This document shows, piece after piece, positions 29,210 to 38,952 of a DNA stretch of 64,000 nucleotides. A program made the translations under genes and the position numbers. Source of the DNA: Alphaproteobacteria bacterium (lineage in GTDB: Bacteria > Pseudomonadota > Alphaproteobacteria > MPNO01 > UBA830); NCBI GenBank assembly GCA_965243135.1, contig OZ251539.1, positions 2,528,001-2,592,000 of the forward strand, in the 5' to 3' direction. Position 1 is the first letter of the stretch; every line of letters starts with the position of its first letter. Below the pieces are notes generated by a model. It made no database searches and was not told the origin of the DNA. It saw only the letters and a list, made by a program, of their open reading frames with translations.

Positions 29210-30811
29210 CTACAGCGTCCAGACCGTCACCCCGCGCCCGTCCTGTCGGCTTGCCTCGCCCTCGCCGCTCCGGCGCCCCTCCACCCCGGTCCGGCGGTCA
29301 ATCACCACCAGATGCCCTTCGTCCGCCCCGCACTTCGCCATGTAGCCCAGCGTCTGCTCCACCCCCCGCTCGGCGGTCCGCTCCGGGCTCTTGCGGTCCG
29401 AGTCCCGCAGCACCTTGCACTCGACCACGAAACGCTCCCACAGGTCCGACGGCTGACCCGCCTCCCGCGGCCACAGCACCAGCAGGTCCGTCCGGCCCCG
29501 TCCGAGGCCGTACTCCCGCTCGATGCGGCCGCCGCCGTTCACCACCCGCTGCAGGTACGCCTGCAGGATGAGCTGCGGGCCGGCCTCCGGATACTCGGCG
29601 AAGCGCTCCAGCCAGTGCTCCGCATGCTCGCCGAAGAACGCGCGGAACGCCGTCAGCAGCTTCGTCATGTCCAGCCGGCCGGCCTCGTCCACGTACCACG
29701 CCAGCTGCACGTCCAGGCTGTCCTGCAACACGTAGCCAAGCTCGCGCGGCACCACCTCCGCGTAAATCGGGTTCGCCATGCGCGGCGGCGAGTCCGGCGC
29801 GAGCAGGCCCAGGTCGCGCGCATATTCCAGGTCGCGGGCATGGTGCCGCGCCTCCCCGCCGCTCAGGATAGGCTCGACGACCCGCCGCACCCGCGCCTCC
29901 TCCAGCTTGTGCGACAACTGGTCCAGATGCGTACGCCGCGACAGGATCAACTCCTCCCGGGCGGCGTAGACGTCGTCCGGTTCGATCGTCCGCGAGCGGT
30001 CCCGCCCCGCCTTGTCGTCGAAGCATGTCCCCGCGCACAGCGCGTTCACCAGCCACGGCTGCCCCCGCGTCTGCGTCCATACCGCTTCCTGCGCCGCCTC
30101 CGAAAAGCGCTGGCCGGTCTCCTCCGTGTGCTGCGCCATCAGCGCGCGCGTCTCCGCCTCGGTGAAGTCGCCCAGGCGAACCGACTTCGCCGCGACGTTG
30201 AACGGGCTGCCGCCGGCGACGACCTCGCCGGCGCTCGACCGGATGCGGTAGTCGCGGATGTCGCGCAACCCGCACAGCACGACGCTCTGCGGAAAGCCCT
30301 CGGGACGATGTTCGTAGCCGGCGCGGAGCTGGCGCAGCACCGAGAGCAGGGTGTCGCCGACTAGCGAGTCGATCTCGTCCACCAGCAGCACCAGCGGCGT
30401 CGGGTTCGCCGCGCACCAGCGGGAGAGCAGCCCCTTCAGCGCGTTGTCCGGCCCCGCCTTCGCCAAAACGTCCGGCCAGACGCCGTCCGGGTAGTCGTCG
30501 CCCAGAAGCAGCGCGCTCTCCGCCAGGTTGCTCAGAACGGCGCGGATGCCGCGCGCGGTGTCGTCGCGCGCCACCTGGCCGACCTCGACGTTCACGTTCA
30601 CGCAGCGGAAGTCGCCGGCTTCGCCCCTGTTGAGCAGGTCGCGCAGGGCGATCAGGGCGGAGGTCTTGCCCGTCTGGCGCGGCGCGTGCAGCGCGAAGTA
30701 GTTCTGGGTCCGAATCAGGTCCAGCAGTTCCGCCAGGTCCATCCGCTCCAGCGGCTGGATGGCGTAGTGCTTGTCCGGACGCACCGGCCCTGCGGTATTG
30801 AAGCGGCGCAT
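29210..30811 (-). CDS. P-loop ATPase with C-terminal PD-(D/E)XK nuclease-like domain
   Basis: MRRFNTAGP, Walker A HAPRQTGKTS, Walker B LLVDEID, SPFN, REYGLGRGRTDL...VVECK, QTLGY. Confidence 0.85.
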   Translation of the reverse strand: MRRFNTAGPVRPDKHYAIQPLERMDLAELLDLIRTQNYFALHAPRQTGKTSALIALRDLLNRGEAGDFRCVNVNVEVGQVARDDTARGIRAVLSNLAESALLLGDDYPDGVWPDVLAKAGPDNALKGLLSRWCAANPTPLVLLVDEIDSLVGDTLLSVLRQLRAGYEHRPEGFPQSVVLCGLRDIRDYRIRSSAGEVVAGGSPFNVAAKSVRLGDFTEAETRALMAQHTEETGQRFSEAAQEAVWTQTRGQPWLVNALCAGTCFDDKAGRDRSRTIEPDDVYAAREELILSRRTHLDQLSHKLEEARVRRVVEPILSGGEARHHARDLEYARDLGLLAPDSPPRMANPIYAEVVPRELGYVLQDSLDVQLAWYVDEAGRLDMTKLLTAFRAFFGEHAEHWLERFAEYPEAGPQLILQAYLQRVVNGGGRIEREYGLGRGRTDLLVLWPREAGQPSDLWERFVVECKVLRDSDRKSPERTAERGVEQTLGYMAKCGADEGHLVVIDRRTGVEGRRSGEGEASRQDGRGVTVWTL

Positions 30812-31404
30812 GGACCGATTATAGCATCTATCGCCGGGGCAGCGTCGGCCGCCCTGTACCGGACGGTCAGCGATGCGAACCCGGCAGCGGCAGCACGTCG
30901 TTTCGCTCGGAATCGACTTCGCTGCATAGCGCGGAGGACCGCCTGCGCCGCCGACCGGTGCGAAGCGCATGTCCCGCCCGCCGCAAACGCGCCGGAGCGC
31001 ACGGCTGCCGGAGCCGGCAGGCGGCAGCGAGGCACCTCGGGCCTGTTTCCCGCTGCCTTCCTTTGCGGAATTCCGGTGGCGCGCGCCGTCAGGCTTTCAT
31101 GCGGCAGCGCTTCGGCAACCGCGCCGGCGATCTCGTCGACCGAGGCGGATTCCGCCTTCTTCGCCGCTGGAATCACGCAGAAGGCCCGGAAGAAAGCGCT
31201 GCCGAGGGCCGCCGCTTGCCTGACGGCAACCTGCTTCAGGGCATGAGCGACAGCGGATGTCGTCGGTCGGTCCGAACGCCTCGTCGGACAAGCGAAGTTT
31301 TTCGCGCACGATGCCTGTTGCCCCGAACCGCGCCCGGTCCGCGCTCGACGATGGGCGATCCCTTGCGTAGCGCGAGGATTCGGCGAATCCTCGCCGCTCC
31401 CATG

Positions 31405-31675
31405 CCGGGTTGTCGCCGAGCGCGGACTTTCCGGGTTGTCGCCGAGCGCGGACTTTCCGGGTTGTCGCCGAGCGCGGACTTTCCGGGTTGTCGCCGAGCG
31501 CGGACTTTCCGGATTGTCGCCGAGCGCGGACTTTCCGGATTGTCGCCGAGCGCGGACTTTCCGGATTGTCGCCGAGCGCGGACTTTCCGGATTGTCGCCG
31601 AGCGCGGACTTTCCGGATTGTCGCCGAGCGCGGACTTTCCGGATTGTCGCCGAGCGCGGACTTTCCGGATTGTCG
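31405..31675 (+). repeat. Tandem repeat, 10 full copies plus 11 bp of a 26-bp unit CCGG(G/A)TTGTCGCCGAGCGCGGACTTT
   Basis: Units start at 31405, 31431, 31457 and 31483 (G variant) and 31509, 31535, 31561, 31587, 31613 and 31639 (A variant), with a partial unit at 31665. Confidence 0.97.
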
Positions 31676-31698
31676 TCATTCAACGACATAAGTATAAT
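31670..31698 (+). promoter_or_regulatory. sigma70 promoter of hipBA with overlapping palindromic operator
   Basis: TTGTCG-N17-TATAAT at 31670-31698; perfect inverted repeat TGTCG-N8-CGACA at 31671-31688. Confidence 0.75.
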
Positions 31699-31733
31699 CC
31701 CGCCGTTCGTCAGCAAATGGACAAGTCAAGGCC

Positions 31734-32012
31734 ATGCAGATTCGCACGCCCTTGGAACTCGGCCTCGTCATTCGCGACCGGCGCCGTAAACTCGAACTGA
31801 CCCAGACCGACCTTGCCCGCAAGGTCGGCGTCGGACGCCAGTGGATCGTGGCCGTCGAGAGCGGAAAATCCAGAGCGGAAGTCGGCTTGGTCCTGCGCGC
31901 GCTGTCCGCCCTCGATCTGCGGGTCGAGATCGGCGCGCCCCTTCCCCGGTCGGACGACAAGATAGACCCCGTCGACATCGACGCCATCGTGAATGCCGCC
32001 AAAAGCGCGTGA
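31734..32012 (+). CDS. hipB: HipB-like XRE HTH antitoxin
   Basis: IRTPLELGLVIRDRRRKLELTQTDLARKVGVGRQWIVAVESGK; directly upstream of hipA. Confidence 0.88.
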   Translation: MQIRTPLELGLVIRDRRRKLELTQTDLARKVGVGRQWIVAVESGKSRAEVGLVLRALSALDLRVEIGAPLPRSDDKIDPVDIDAIVNAAKSA

Positions 32013-33286
32013 TGCTCGTCGTCGTCGCCGACCGCCGCATTATGGGCGAGATCAGGCGCAGCCGGCAAGGGCGCCTCGCCTTCGTCTACGACGACCGATG
32101 GAGGTCGTCGGACGGCGCCTATCCGCTGTCGCTCTCCATGCCGCTCGCCGTCGCGGAGCACGGACATGCAAGGATCGAACCCTGGCTGCAGGGCCTGCTC
32201 CCCGACAACGATGCCGTGCTGTCGAGTTGGGGCCGACGGTTTCACGTATCGCCCCGCAACGCTTTCGCCCTGCTCGGCGCCGTCGGAGAGGACTGCGCCG
32301 GCTCCGTGCAGTTGCTTCGGCCCGACCGCGTCGCGGCCGCCCTCGAAGACGAGGGCCAGCGGATAGACTGGTTGACCGAGGGCGAGGTCGCCGAGCGTTT
32401 GAGGATCCTGAAAAACGATCAGGGCGCATGGTGGATATCGGACGACGCCGGGCGGTTCAGCCTCGCCGGCGCGCAAGCGAAAACGGCGCTCTTGTTCGAT
32501 GGCCGCCGTTGGGGCGTGCCCGGCGGCCGGACGCCGACCACGCACATCCTGAAGCCCCCGATCGAAGCGGGACACGTGGAAAACGAGCACGTTTGCCTCG
32601 CTCTCGCCAGCGCTCTCGGGCTGCCGGCAGCCGGGTCGGAGATCCGCCGGTTCGAAGACGAGACGGCGATCGTCGTGAAGCGGTACGACCGCCTTCCGAA
32701 CTCGGGCGGCATTCGGCGGCTTCATCAGGAAGACATGTGCCAGGCCCTCGGTTTGCCGCCGACGAGCAAGTACCAGAGCGATGGCGGTCCCGGGTGCAAG
32801 GAGATTTGCGAAACGATCTGGACTCATTCGGGAGTGCCGGAGGCCGATGTCCGAACCTTTGCGCGGGCTCAGATTCTGAACTGGATCGTCGGCGGCACGG
32901 ACGGCCACGCAAAGAACTTTTCCTTGCTGATCGGCGCGGGCGGACGCGCGCGCCTCGCGCCGCTCTACGACGTGGCGAGCGCGTTGCCCTACGATTTCCA
33001 GCTGCAAAAACTCAAGATGGCGTTCAAGATCGGCGGCAAATACCGAATCGAGGAAATCCATTCCCGGCAATGGTCCAGGTTCGCCGACGAGGCGTCGCTT
33101 CCAACCGCCGAGGTGCTGGAACTGGGCAGAAGCATGGCCGAATCTCTGCCGGAATTTCTTCGGAAAATCGTCGACCGGACGCGCGCCGCCGGACACGACC
33201 ACCCGATCCTGAAGCGCATGGTGGACGCGCTGAGTTCGCGGGCCGAACGCTGCGCCAGCGTTCTCGCGACGACGTACGTTCCCTGA
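32012..33286 (+). CDS. hipA: HipA family Ser/Thr kinase toxin
   Basis: PLSLSMP, GLLPDN, FSLAGAQAKTAL, THILKP, RLHQEDMCQA, DGHAKNFS, LAPLYDV; TGATG overlap with hipB. Confidence 0.95.
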   Translation: MLVVVADRRIMGEIRRSRQGRLAFVYDDRWRSSDGAYPLSLSMPLAVAEHGHARIEPWLQGLLPDNDAVLSSWGRRFHVSPRNAFALLGAVGEDCAGSVQLLRPDRVAAALEDEGQRIDWLTEGEVAERLRILKNDQGAWWISDDAGRFSLAGAQAKTALLFDGRRWGVPGGRTPTTHILKPPIEAGHVENEHVCLALASALGLPAAGSEIRRFEDETAIVVKRYDRLPNSGGIRRLHQEDMCQALGLPPTSKYQSDGGPGCKEICETIWTHSGVPEADVRTFARAQILNWIVGGTDGHAKNFSLLIGAGGRARLAPLYDVASALPYDFQLQKLKMAFKIGGKYRIEEIHSRQWSRFADEASLPTAEVLELGRSMAESLPEFLRKIVDRTRAAGHDHPILKRMVDALSSRAERCASVLATTYVP

Positions 33287-33413
33287 AGCGTTCGCGCGGG
33301 CGCCGCGACTCTCCGCCCTGCCCGACGGCTCCCGCGGTTCGCCCGACGGGGCGAATCCGGCCGGGCGAACGAATCCGCATGCGATTCGCCGCCGAACGCG
33401 ATATGCATCTCCC

Positions 33414-33656
33414 ATGAAGGCGCGCATCCGCATCACCCTCAAGAACGGCGTCCTCGATCCCCAAGGCAAGGCGATCGGGAACGCGCTCGACGGCTTGGGC
33501 TTCCGGGGAATCGGAGAAGTGCGGCAAGGCAAGTACATCGAAATGGAACTGTCGCAGACCGACCCCGGCAAGGCGCGCGCCGCGGTCGCCGAAATGTGCG
33601 AGAAACTCCTCGCGAACGCGGTGGTCGAAGACTACGAAATCGATATCGGCGAATGA
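33414..33656 (+). CDS. purS: Phosphoribosylformylglycinamidine synthase subunit PurS
   Basis: [23 protein letters not shown]. Confidence 0.96.
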   Translation: MKARIRITLKNGVLDPQGKAIGNALDGLGFRGIGEVRQGKYIEMELSQTDPGKARAAVAEMCEKLLANAVVEDYEIDIGE

Positions 33657-34339
33657 AGGCGGCGATCATCGTCTTTCCCGGCGCCAACTGCGACCGCGAC
33701 ATGCAGGTGGCGCTGCGCGCCTGCCTCGGCGTCGAACCGGTCATGCACTGGCACGCCGACCCCGAACTGCCTCGCGTCGACCTGATCGTGGCGCCGGGCG
33801 GCTTCTCCTACGGCGACTACCTGCGCCCGGGCGCCATGGCCGCCCGCTCGCCGGCGGTTCGCGAAACGATCCGGCGGGCGGAAGCCGGCGTGCCGGTTCT
33901 CGGCGTATGCAACGGCTTTCAGATCCTCGCCGAATGCCGGCTGCTGCCCGGCGTTCTGATGCGCAACGCGGGCCTCCGATTCGTCTGCCGCGAGGTGTCC
34001 CTGCGAGTCGAGACCGTCCGGTCGATCTTCACCGCGGGCTACCGGCCGGAACAGGTGGTCCGCATTCCCGTCGCCCACAACGAGGGAAACTACTACGCCG
34101 ACGAGAACACCCTCGACGCGCTCGAAGGAGACGGCCGGATCGCGTTCCGCTATTGCGACGAGACCGGAGCCGCCGCCGCGGCGGCGAACCCGAACGGCGC
34201 TTCCCGGAACATCGCCGGCATCCTCAACGAAGCCCGCAACGTGCTCGGCATGATGCCCCACCCGGAACGGCGGATCGATCCCGGACTCGGCGGCGCCGAC
34301 GCCCGTCCGATCTTCGAGGCGCTGGCGGCGGGCCGATGA
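33653..34339 (+). CDS. purQ: Phosphoribosylformylglycinamidine synthase subunit PurQ
   Basis: [34 protein letters not shown]. Confidence 0.96.
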   Translation: MKAAIIVFPGANCDRDMQVALRACLGVEPVMHWHADPELPRVDLIVAPGGFSYGDYLRPGAMAARSPAVRETIRRAEAGVPVLGVCNGFQILAECRLLPGVLMRNAGLRFVCREVSLRVETVRSIFTAGYRPEQVVRIPVAHNEGNYYADENTLDALEGDGRIAFRYCDETGAAAAAANPNGASRNIAGILNEARNVLGMMPHPERRIDPGLGGADARPIFEALAAGR

Positions 34340-36522
34340 ACGGGCCCGCCGTCGCCGCGGAGCACGGCCTGACCCCCGGGGAGTACGACCGCGTCATGCG
34401 GATCCTCGGCCGGGAGCCGAACCTGACCGAGCTCGGCGTCTTCTCCGTCATGTGGTCGGAACACTGCTCCTACAAATCGTCCCGAACCTGGCTGCGCAAG
34501 CTGCCGACGGACGCGCCGTGGGTCATCCAGGGGCCGGGCGAAAACGCCGGCGCGATCGACATCGGCGGCGGAAAGGCCTGCGTCTTCAAGATGGAAAGCC
34601 ACAACCACCCGTCGTTCATCGAACCTTTCCAGGGCGCCGCGACGGGCGTGGGCGGCATCATGCGCGACGTCTTCACCATGGGGGCGCGCCCGGTCGCGAA
34701 TCTGAACGCGCTGCGCTTCGGCGCGCCGGACCATCCGTCGACCCGGCATTTCGTCAACGGCGTCGTGGCCGGGATCGGCGGATACGGCAATTGCGTCGGC
34801 GTCCCGACGGTCGGCGGCGAGGTCGATTTCGACGCGGGCTACGACGGCAACATTCTGGTCAACGCGATGACCGTCGGCATCGCGGACGCCGACAGAATCT
34901 TCCGTTCCGCCGCCGAAGGAATCGGAAACGCGGTGGTCTACGCCGGATCGAGAACCGGCCGGGACGGCATCCACGGCGCGACCATGGCCTCCGCGGAATT
35001 CGACGGGAAATCGGCCGGGCGGCGGCCTACCGTCCAGGTCGGAGATCCGTTCGCGGAAAAGCTGCTCCTCGAAGCCTGCCTCGAACTCATGGCGATCGAC
35101 GCCGTCGTCGCCATCCAGGACATGGGCGCGGCCGGCCTCACGTCGTCCTCGGTCGAAATGTCGGCCAAGGGAGGCGTCGGCATCGAACTCGATCTCGACC
35201 GCGTGCCCCTGCGGGAAAAAGGGATGACGGCCTACGAGATCATGCTGTCCGAGAGTCAGGAACGGATGCTGATGGTGCTCAGGCCCGGCATGGAGGACGC
35301 CGCGCGCGCGATCTTCGAGAAGTGGGAACTGGAGTTCGCGGTCATCGGGCGGCTGACCGGGACCGGACGGCTGGCCGCGACGCAAGGCGGCGAGACGGTG
35401 TGCGACGTTCCGGTGGCCCCGCTGGTCGATCAGGCGCCGGTCTGCGACCGCCCCCTGACGGCTCCGCCGCCCGCTCCGCCTCTTGCGCCCGAAGCCGCGC
35501 TCTCGGGCATCGGCCACACGCCCGTCGAGGCTCTCATGGCGCTGATGTCCTCGCCCGACCTTTGCTCGCGCCGCTGGATATGGGAGCAGTACGACCACAT
35601 GGTGATGGGCGACACCGTGCAGGGGCCCGGAGGAGACGCGGCGGTGGTTCGCGTCCACGGAACCTGCCGGGGACTCGCGATCACGACCGATTGCACCCCC
35701 CGCTACTGCGCCGCCGACCCTGTGGAGGGCGGGCGGCAAGCGGTCGCCGAAGCGTGGCGCAATCTCACGGCGGCGGGGGCCGTTCCGCTCGCGGTCACCG
35801 ACAACCTGAACTTCGGCAATCCGGAGCGGCCGGAGATCATGGGGCAATTCGCGGGCTGCATCGAAGGCATGGCGGAAGCCTGCCGCGCGCTGGACTTCCC
35901 CGTCGTCTCTGGCAACGTTTCGTTCTACAACGAGACCGAAGGCCGGAGCATCCCGCCGACGCCCGTGATCGGCGGCGTCGGGCTGATCGCCGACGTCCGG
36001 ACCGGAATGGCGCGTCCCGCCCTGACGCGCGGCGGCGACGCGCTCGTGCTGATCGGCGACGCGTCGGGCCACCTCGGCCGCTCCATGCTGCTGCGCGTGC
36101 TGGCGGGCCGCGACGAAGGGGCGCCGCCGCCGGTGGACCTCGCGGCGGAACGCCGCAACGGCGACCTCGTTCGCCGCCTCGTCGCGGACGGCGCCGTCTC
36201 CGCGTGCCACGACGTCTCGGACGGCGGCCTTCTGGTCGCGGTCGCCGAAATGGCGCTGGCGGGCGGCGTCGGCGCCCGGCTCTTCGCCCCGGAGACGCGC
36301 CTCCCGGCGCTGGCCTGGTTTTACGGCGAAGACCAGGCCCGGTACGTGCTCGCCGCCGCCGATTCCCGCCCGGTTCTCGCTGCGGCGGCGGACGCGGGCG
36401 CGCCCGCGGCCGTCGTCGGCGAGACGGGAGGGGCGGAGTTGACCGTCGGAGACGGCGCCTCTATATCTTTGCAGGCTCTGCGGGACGCGCACGAGCGCTG
36501 GTTTCCCGACCGCATGGACTGA
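34336..36522 (+). CDS. purL: Phosphoribosylformylglycinamidine synthase subunit PurL
   Basis: [47 protein letters not shown]. Confidence 0.97.
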   Translation: MNGPAVAAEHGLTPGEYDRVMRILGREPNLTELGVFSVMWSEHCSYKSSRTWLRKLPTDAPWVIQGPGENAGAIDIGGGKACVFKMESHNHPSFIEPFQGAATGVGGIMRDVFTMGARPVANLNALRFGAPDHPSTRHFVNGVVAGIGGYGNCVGVPTVGGEVDFDAGYDGNILVNAMTVGIADADRIFRSAAEGIGNAVVYAGSRTGRDGIHGATMASAEFDGKSAGRRPTVQVGDPFAEKLLLEACLELMAIDAVVAIQDMGAAGLTSSSVEMSAKGGVGIELDLDRVPLREKGMTAYEIMLSESQERMLMVLRPGMEDAARAIFEKWELEFAVIGRLTGTGRLAATQGGETVCDVPVAPLVDQAPVCDRPLTAPPPAPPLAPEAALSGIGHTPVEALMALMSSPDLCSRRWIWEQYDHMVMGDTVQGPGGDAAVVRVHGTCRGLAITTDCTPRYCAADPVEGGRQAVAEAWRNLTAAGAVPLAVTDNLNFGNPERPEIMGQFAGCIEGMAEACRALDFPVVSGNVSFYNETEGRSIPPTPVIGGVGLIADVRTGMARPALTRGGDALVLIGDASGHLGRSMLLRVLAGRDEGAPPPVDLAAERRNGDLVRRLVADGAVSACHDVSDGGLLVAVAEMALAGGVGARLFAPETRLPALAWFYGEDQARYVLAAADSRPVLAAAADAGAPAAVVGETGGAELTVGDGASISLQALRDAHERWFPDRMD

Positions 36523-36553
36523 GGCCGGCGCGACGCGAGAAGGGAGGGAAACC

Positions 36554-36796
36554 ATGCCTATGGACGCCACGCAGATCGAGGTTCTGATCAGGCAAAGCCT
36601 TCCCGACGCGCAAGTGACGATCAAGGATCTCAGAGGAGACGGCGACCATTACGCCGCGCGGGTCGTCTCCAGCGCTTTCGCGGGAAAGACCCGCGTCCAG
36701 CAACACCAGATGGTGTACGAGGCGCTGCAGGGACGCATGGGCGGAGAACTGCACGCGCTGGCGCTCCAGACCGACGTTCCGCGGAAAGGCGAATGA
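36554..36796 (+). CDS. bolA: BolA/IbaG family protein
   Basis: GDGDHY, RVQQHQMVY, LHALAL; adjacent to grxD. Confidence 0.92.
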   Translation: MPMDATQIEVLIRQSLPDAQVTIKDLRGDGDHYAARVVSSAFAGKTRVQQHQMVYEALQGRMGGELHALALQTDVPRKGE

Positions 36797-37155
36797 CAAC
36801 ACAGGAGGAACTTATGGACCGGGTATCCAAACGCATCAAAACGGAAATCGACGAGACGCCGGTGGTCCTCTTCATGAAGGGCACCCCGGTGTTCCCGCAG
36901 TGCGGCTTTTCGTCCGTCTGCGTGCAGGTCCTGAGCAATCTCGGCATACCGTTCAAGGGAATCAACGTCCTCGAGGATCCGGAAATCCGCGAGGGCATCA
37001 AGACCTTTTCCAACTGGCCGACGATTCCGCAACTCTACGTCAAGGGCGAATTCCTCGGCGGCTGCGACATCGTGCGGGAGATGTACGAGTCCGGCGAGTT
37101 GATCGAATACTTCAACACCAACGGCATCGAGGTGCAGCTCGCGAATCCGCAATAA
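36793..37155 (+). CDS. grxD: Monothiol glutaredoxin Grx4
   Basis: LFMKG, CGFS, WPTIPQLY, GGCD. Confidence 0.95.
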   Translation: MTTQEELMDRVSKRIKTEIDETPVVLFMKGTPVFPQCGFSSVCVQVLSNLGIPFKGINVLEDPEIREGIKTFSNWPTIPQLYVKGEFLGGCDIVREMYESGELIEYFNTNGIEVQLANPQ

Positions 37156-38422
37156 CCCGCGCGCGGCGGCGGCGCTGGTCGCCGTCCTGCTTCTTTCCGG
37201 CTGCGAACGCCCGACGAATTTTTCGCAGTTTCCCGGTTTCGCGGACTACTTCGTTCGAAACCCGCCGAAGACGGAGCCGCCCCCGGAGGCGGACCGGGCG
37301 CTGCTCCGGAAGCACCGGCCGCGCATCTTCGTCGCGGAAGGCGCCGTGCGCCCGATCCGGTTCTACGAGGACTACGTCGCGCGGGGCCGCCTGACGGACG
37401 GACGGGGCCGGTCGATATCCGAAAGCGTCACCCCGGAGATCCTCAACGCGCACAAGGAAGATCCGCGGGCGACGTTCGAGCACTGGCCTGCCGGCGACCC
37501 CGGGCGGGCGGCGCTGTACGGACGCGTCGACCGCGAACGCTTCGCGCTGGGAGGCCGCGAACGCGAGTTCACCTTTCTCACCTGGAACGCGGTGTTCCGC
37601 GTCTCGGGAATCGGCGCCGGCATCGACTGGTGGAAGGGGACGCTGCTCGGCCTCGCCGGCGACCTCGACGACTGGCATCAACTCGACCACTACACGGCGG
37701 TCACGCTGGCGCTGGACGAAACGGGCGATCCCGTCGCGGTTTCCTTCCAGCAGCACAACTACCGCCAGACGCGCGTTTTCGGCCACGACATCGACCGGCC
37801 TGCGGACGGCCGGGTCGCGGTGGACGTGGCGCTGCGCTCGAACGAATTCTATCCGCACAGCCCGGAGCGGCGGCGGCGGCGCGCCGTCGGCTTCCTCTCC
37901 CCCGCCAACGTCGACTACCTCGTGACCGGCAGGAACCCGCCCTTCCGCGCCGCGGACGACATCACCGATCCCGCGACCGAGATCGAATACGACCTCCTCT
38001 TCCTGGCGCCGTCCGACGCCTTCTACACCTTCAAGGGGTTTCTGGGCGAAAAGCGCCTTCTGCCGGGACGGTCGGGACCGCCCGGGGCGGACTACAACAC
38101 CCTCCCGGATCTCAAGCCGATGCATCGTCAGATGATCGCGTTTCACTGGTACGAAAACGACCCGGATTACGCGAACTGGTTCAGGGAAGGCCCGGCCGGC
38201 CTGACGAAACTGCGGCAACGTTTCGCCGAGGCGCTCGCAGCCGGGGCGACCGGGACGCGAAGGAAGGAACGCAGGCGAACCGCCGAACGCCGCCGGGCGA
38301 CCGGGGGTCCCGGACCTTCGCGGCGCCGGCGTCCCCGGCGCGTGCGTCCCCGCGTTCCATCGAACGGGAATGAGGCGTATAATCCGCCGCGCTTCAAGGC
38401 ATGCAAGGAAAGAGATCCATGA
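37145..38422 (+). CDS. Hypothetical protein, probable lipoprotein; start uncertain
   Basis: The ORF-track ORF 37346..38422 is open upstream in frame through AAAALVAVLLLSGC (lipobox), but there is no ATG/GTG/TTG between the in-frame TGA at 37100-37102 and the lipobox. Confidence 0.6.
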   Translation: MRNNPRAAAALVAVLLLSGCERPTNFSQFPGFADYFVRNPPKTEPPPEADRALLRKHRPRIFVAEGAVRPIRFYEDYVARGRLTDGRGRSISESVTPEILNAHKEDPRATFEHWPAGDPGRAALYGRVDRERFALGGREREFTFLTWNAVFRVSGIGAGIDWWKGTLLGLAGDLDDWHQLDHYTAVTLALDETGDPVAVSFQQHNYRQTRVFGHDIDRPADGRVAVDVALRSNEFYPHSPERRRRRAVGFLSPANVDYLVTGRNPPFRAADDITDPATEIEYDLLFLAPSDAFYTFKGFLGEKRLLPGRSGPPGADYNTLPDLKPMHRQMIAFHWYENDPDYANWFREGPAGLTKLRQRFAEALAAGATGTRRKERRRTAERRRATGGPGPSRRRRPRRVRPRVPSNGNEAYNPPRFKACKERDP

Positions 38423-38877
38423 AGGTCGGCGACCGGGTTCCCGACTTCGCGCTCCCCTCGGACGACGGCGCGGAGGTCAGTCTCTCCAGCCTGCGCGGCA
38501 GCAAGGTCGTGCTCTACTTCTATCCGAAGGACGACACCCCCGGCTGCACCAGGGAAGCCTGCGGCTTCCGCGACGCGTTCCCGGACTTCTCGGAAATCGA
38601 CGCGAAGATCGTCGGCGTATCGAAAGACAGCGTCGCCAGGCACCGGAAATTCAAGGCCAAGAACGACCTTCCTTTCGCGCTGCTGTCCGACGAGGGCGGA
38701 GAGGTCTGCGAGGCCTTCGGCGCGTGGACCGAAAAATCCATGTACGGACGCAAGTTCATGGGAATCGAACGCTCCACCTTCCTGATCGACGAAACCGGCA
38801 CGCTGCGGGCGGAATGGCGCAAGGTGAGGGTGCCGGGTCACGTGGAGAAGGTGATCGCGGCCGCGCGCGAGCTCTGA
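38419..38877 (+). CDS. bcp: Thioredoxin-dependent peroxiredoxin Bcp
   Basis: YFYPKDDTPGCTREACGF, RSTFLID. Confidence 0.95.
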   Translation: MKVGDRVPDFALPSDDGAEVSLSSLRGSKVVLYFYPKDDTPGCTREACGFRDAFPDFSEIDAKIVGVSKDSVARHRKFKAKNDLPFALLSDEGGEVCEAFGAWTEKSMYGRKFMGIERSTFLIDETGTLRAEWRKVRVPGHVEKVIAAAREL

Positions 38878-38952
38878 CGCGCGCCCGGACCGGGCCTTTT
38901 CGCCGGCCCCGGCGCGTCCGGCGGCGACACGCAACGAAGGACGAGTGCAACC

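Noticed and set aside
31405-31675. 26-bp repeat as a CRISPR array
   Set aside because: Units are head-to-tail with no unique spacers, so it is a VNTR.
30715-31800. ORFs with repeated peptides (e.g. DNPESPRSATIRKVRARRQSGKSALG) across the tandem repeat
   Set aside because: The 26-bp unit is not a multiple of 3 and reads open on both strands, so these are by-products of the repeat.
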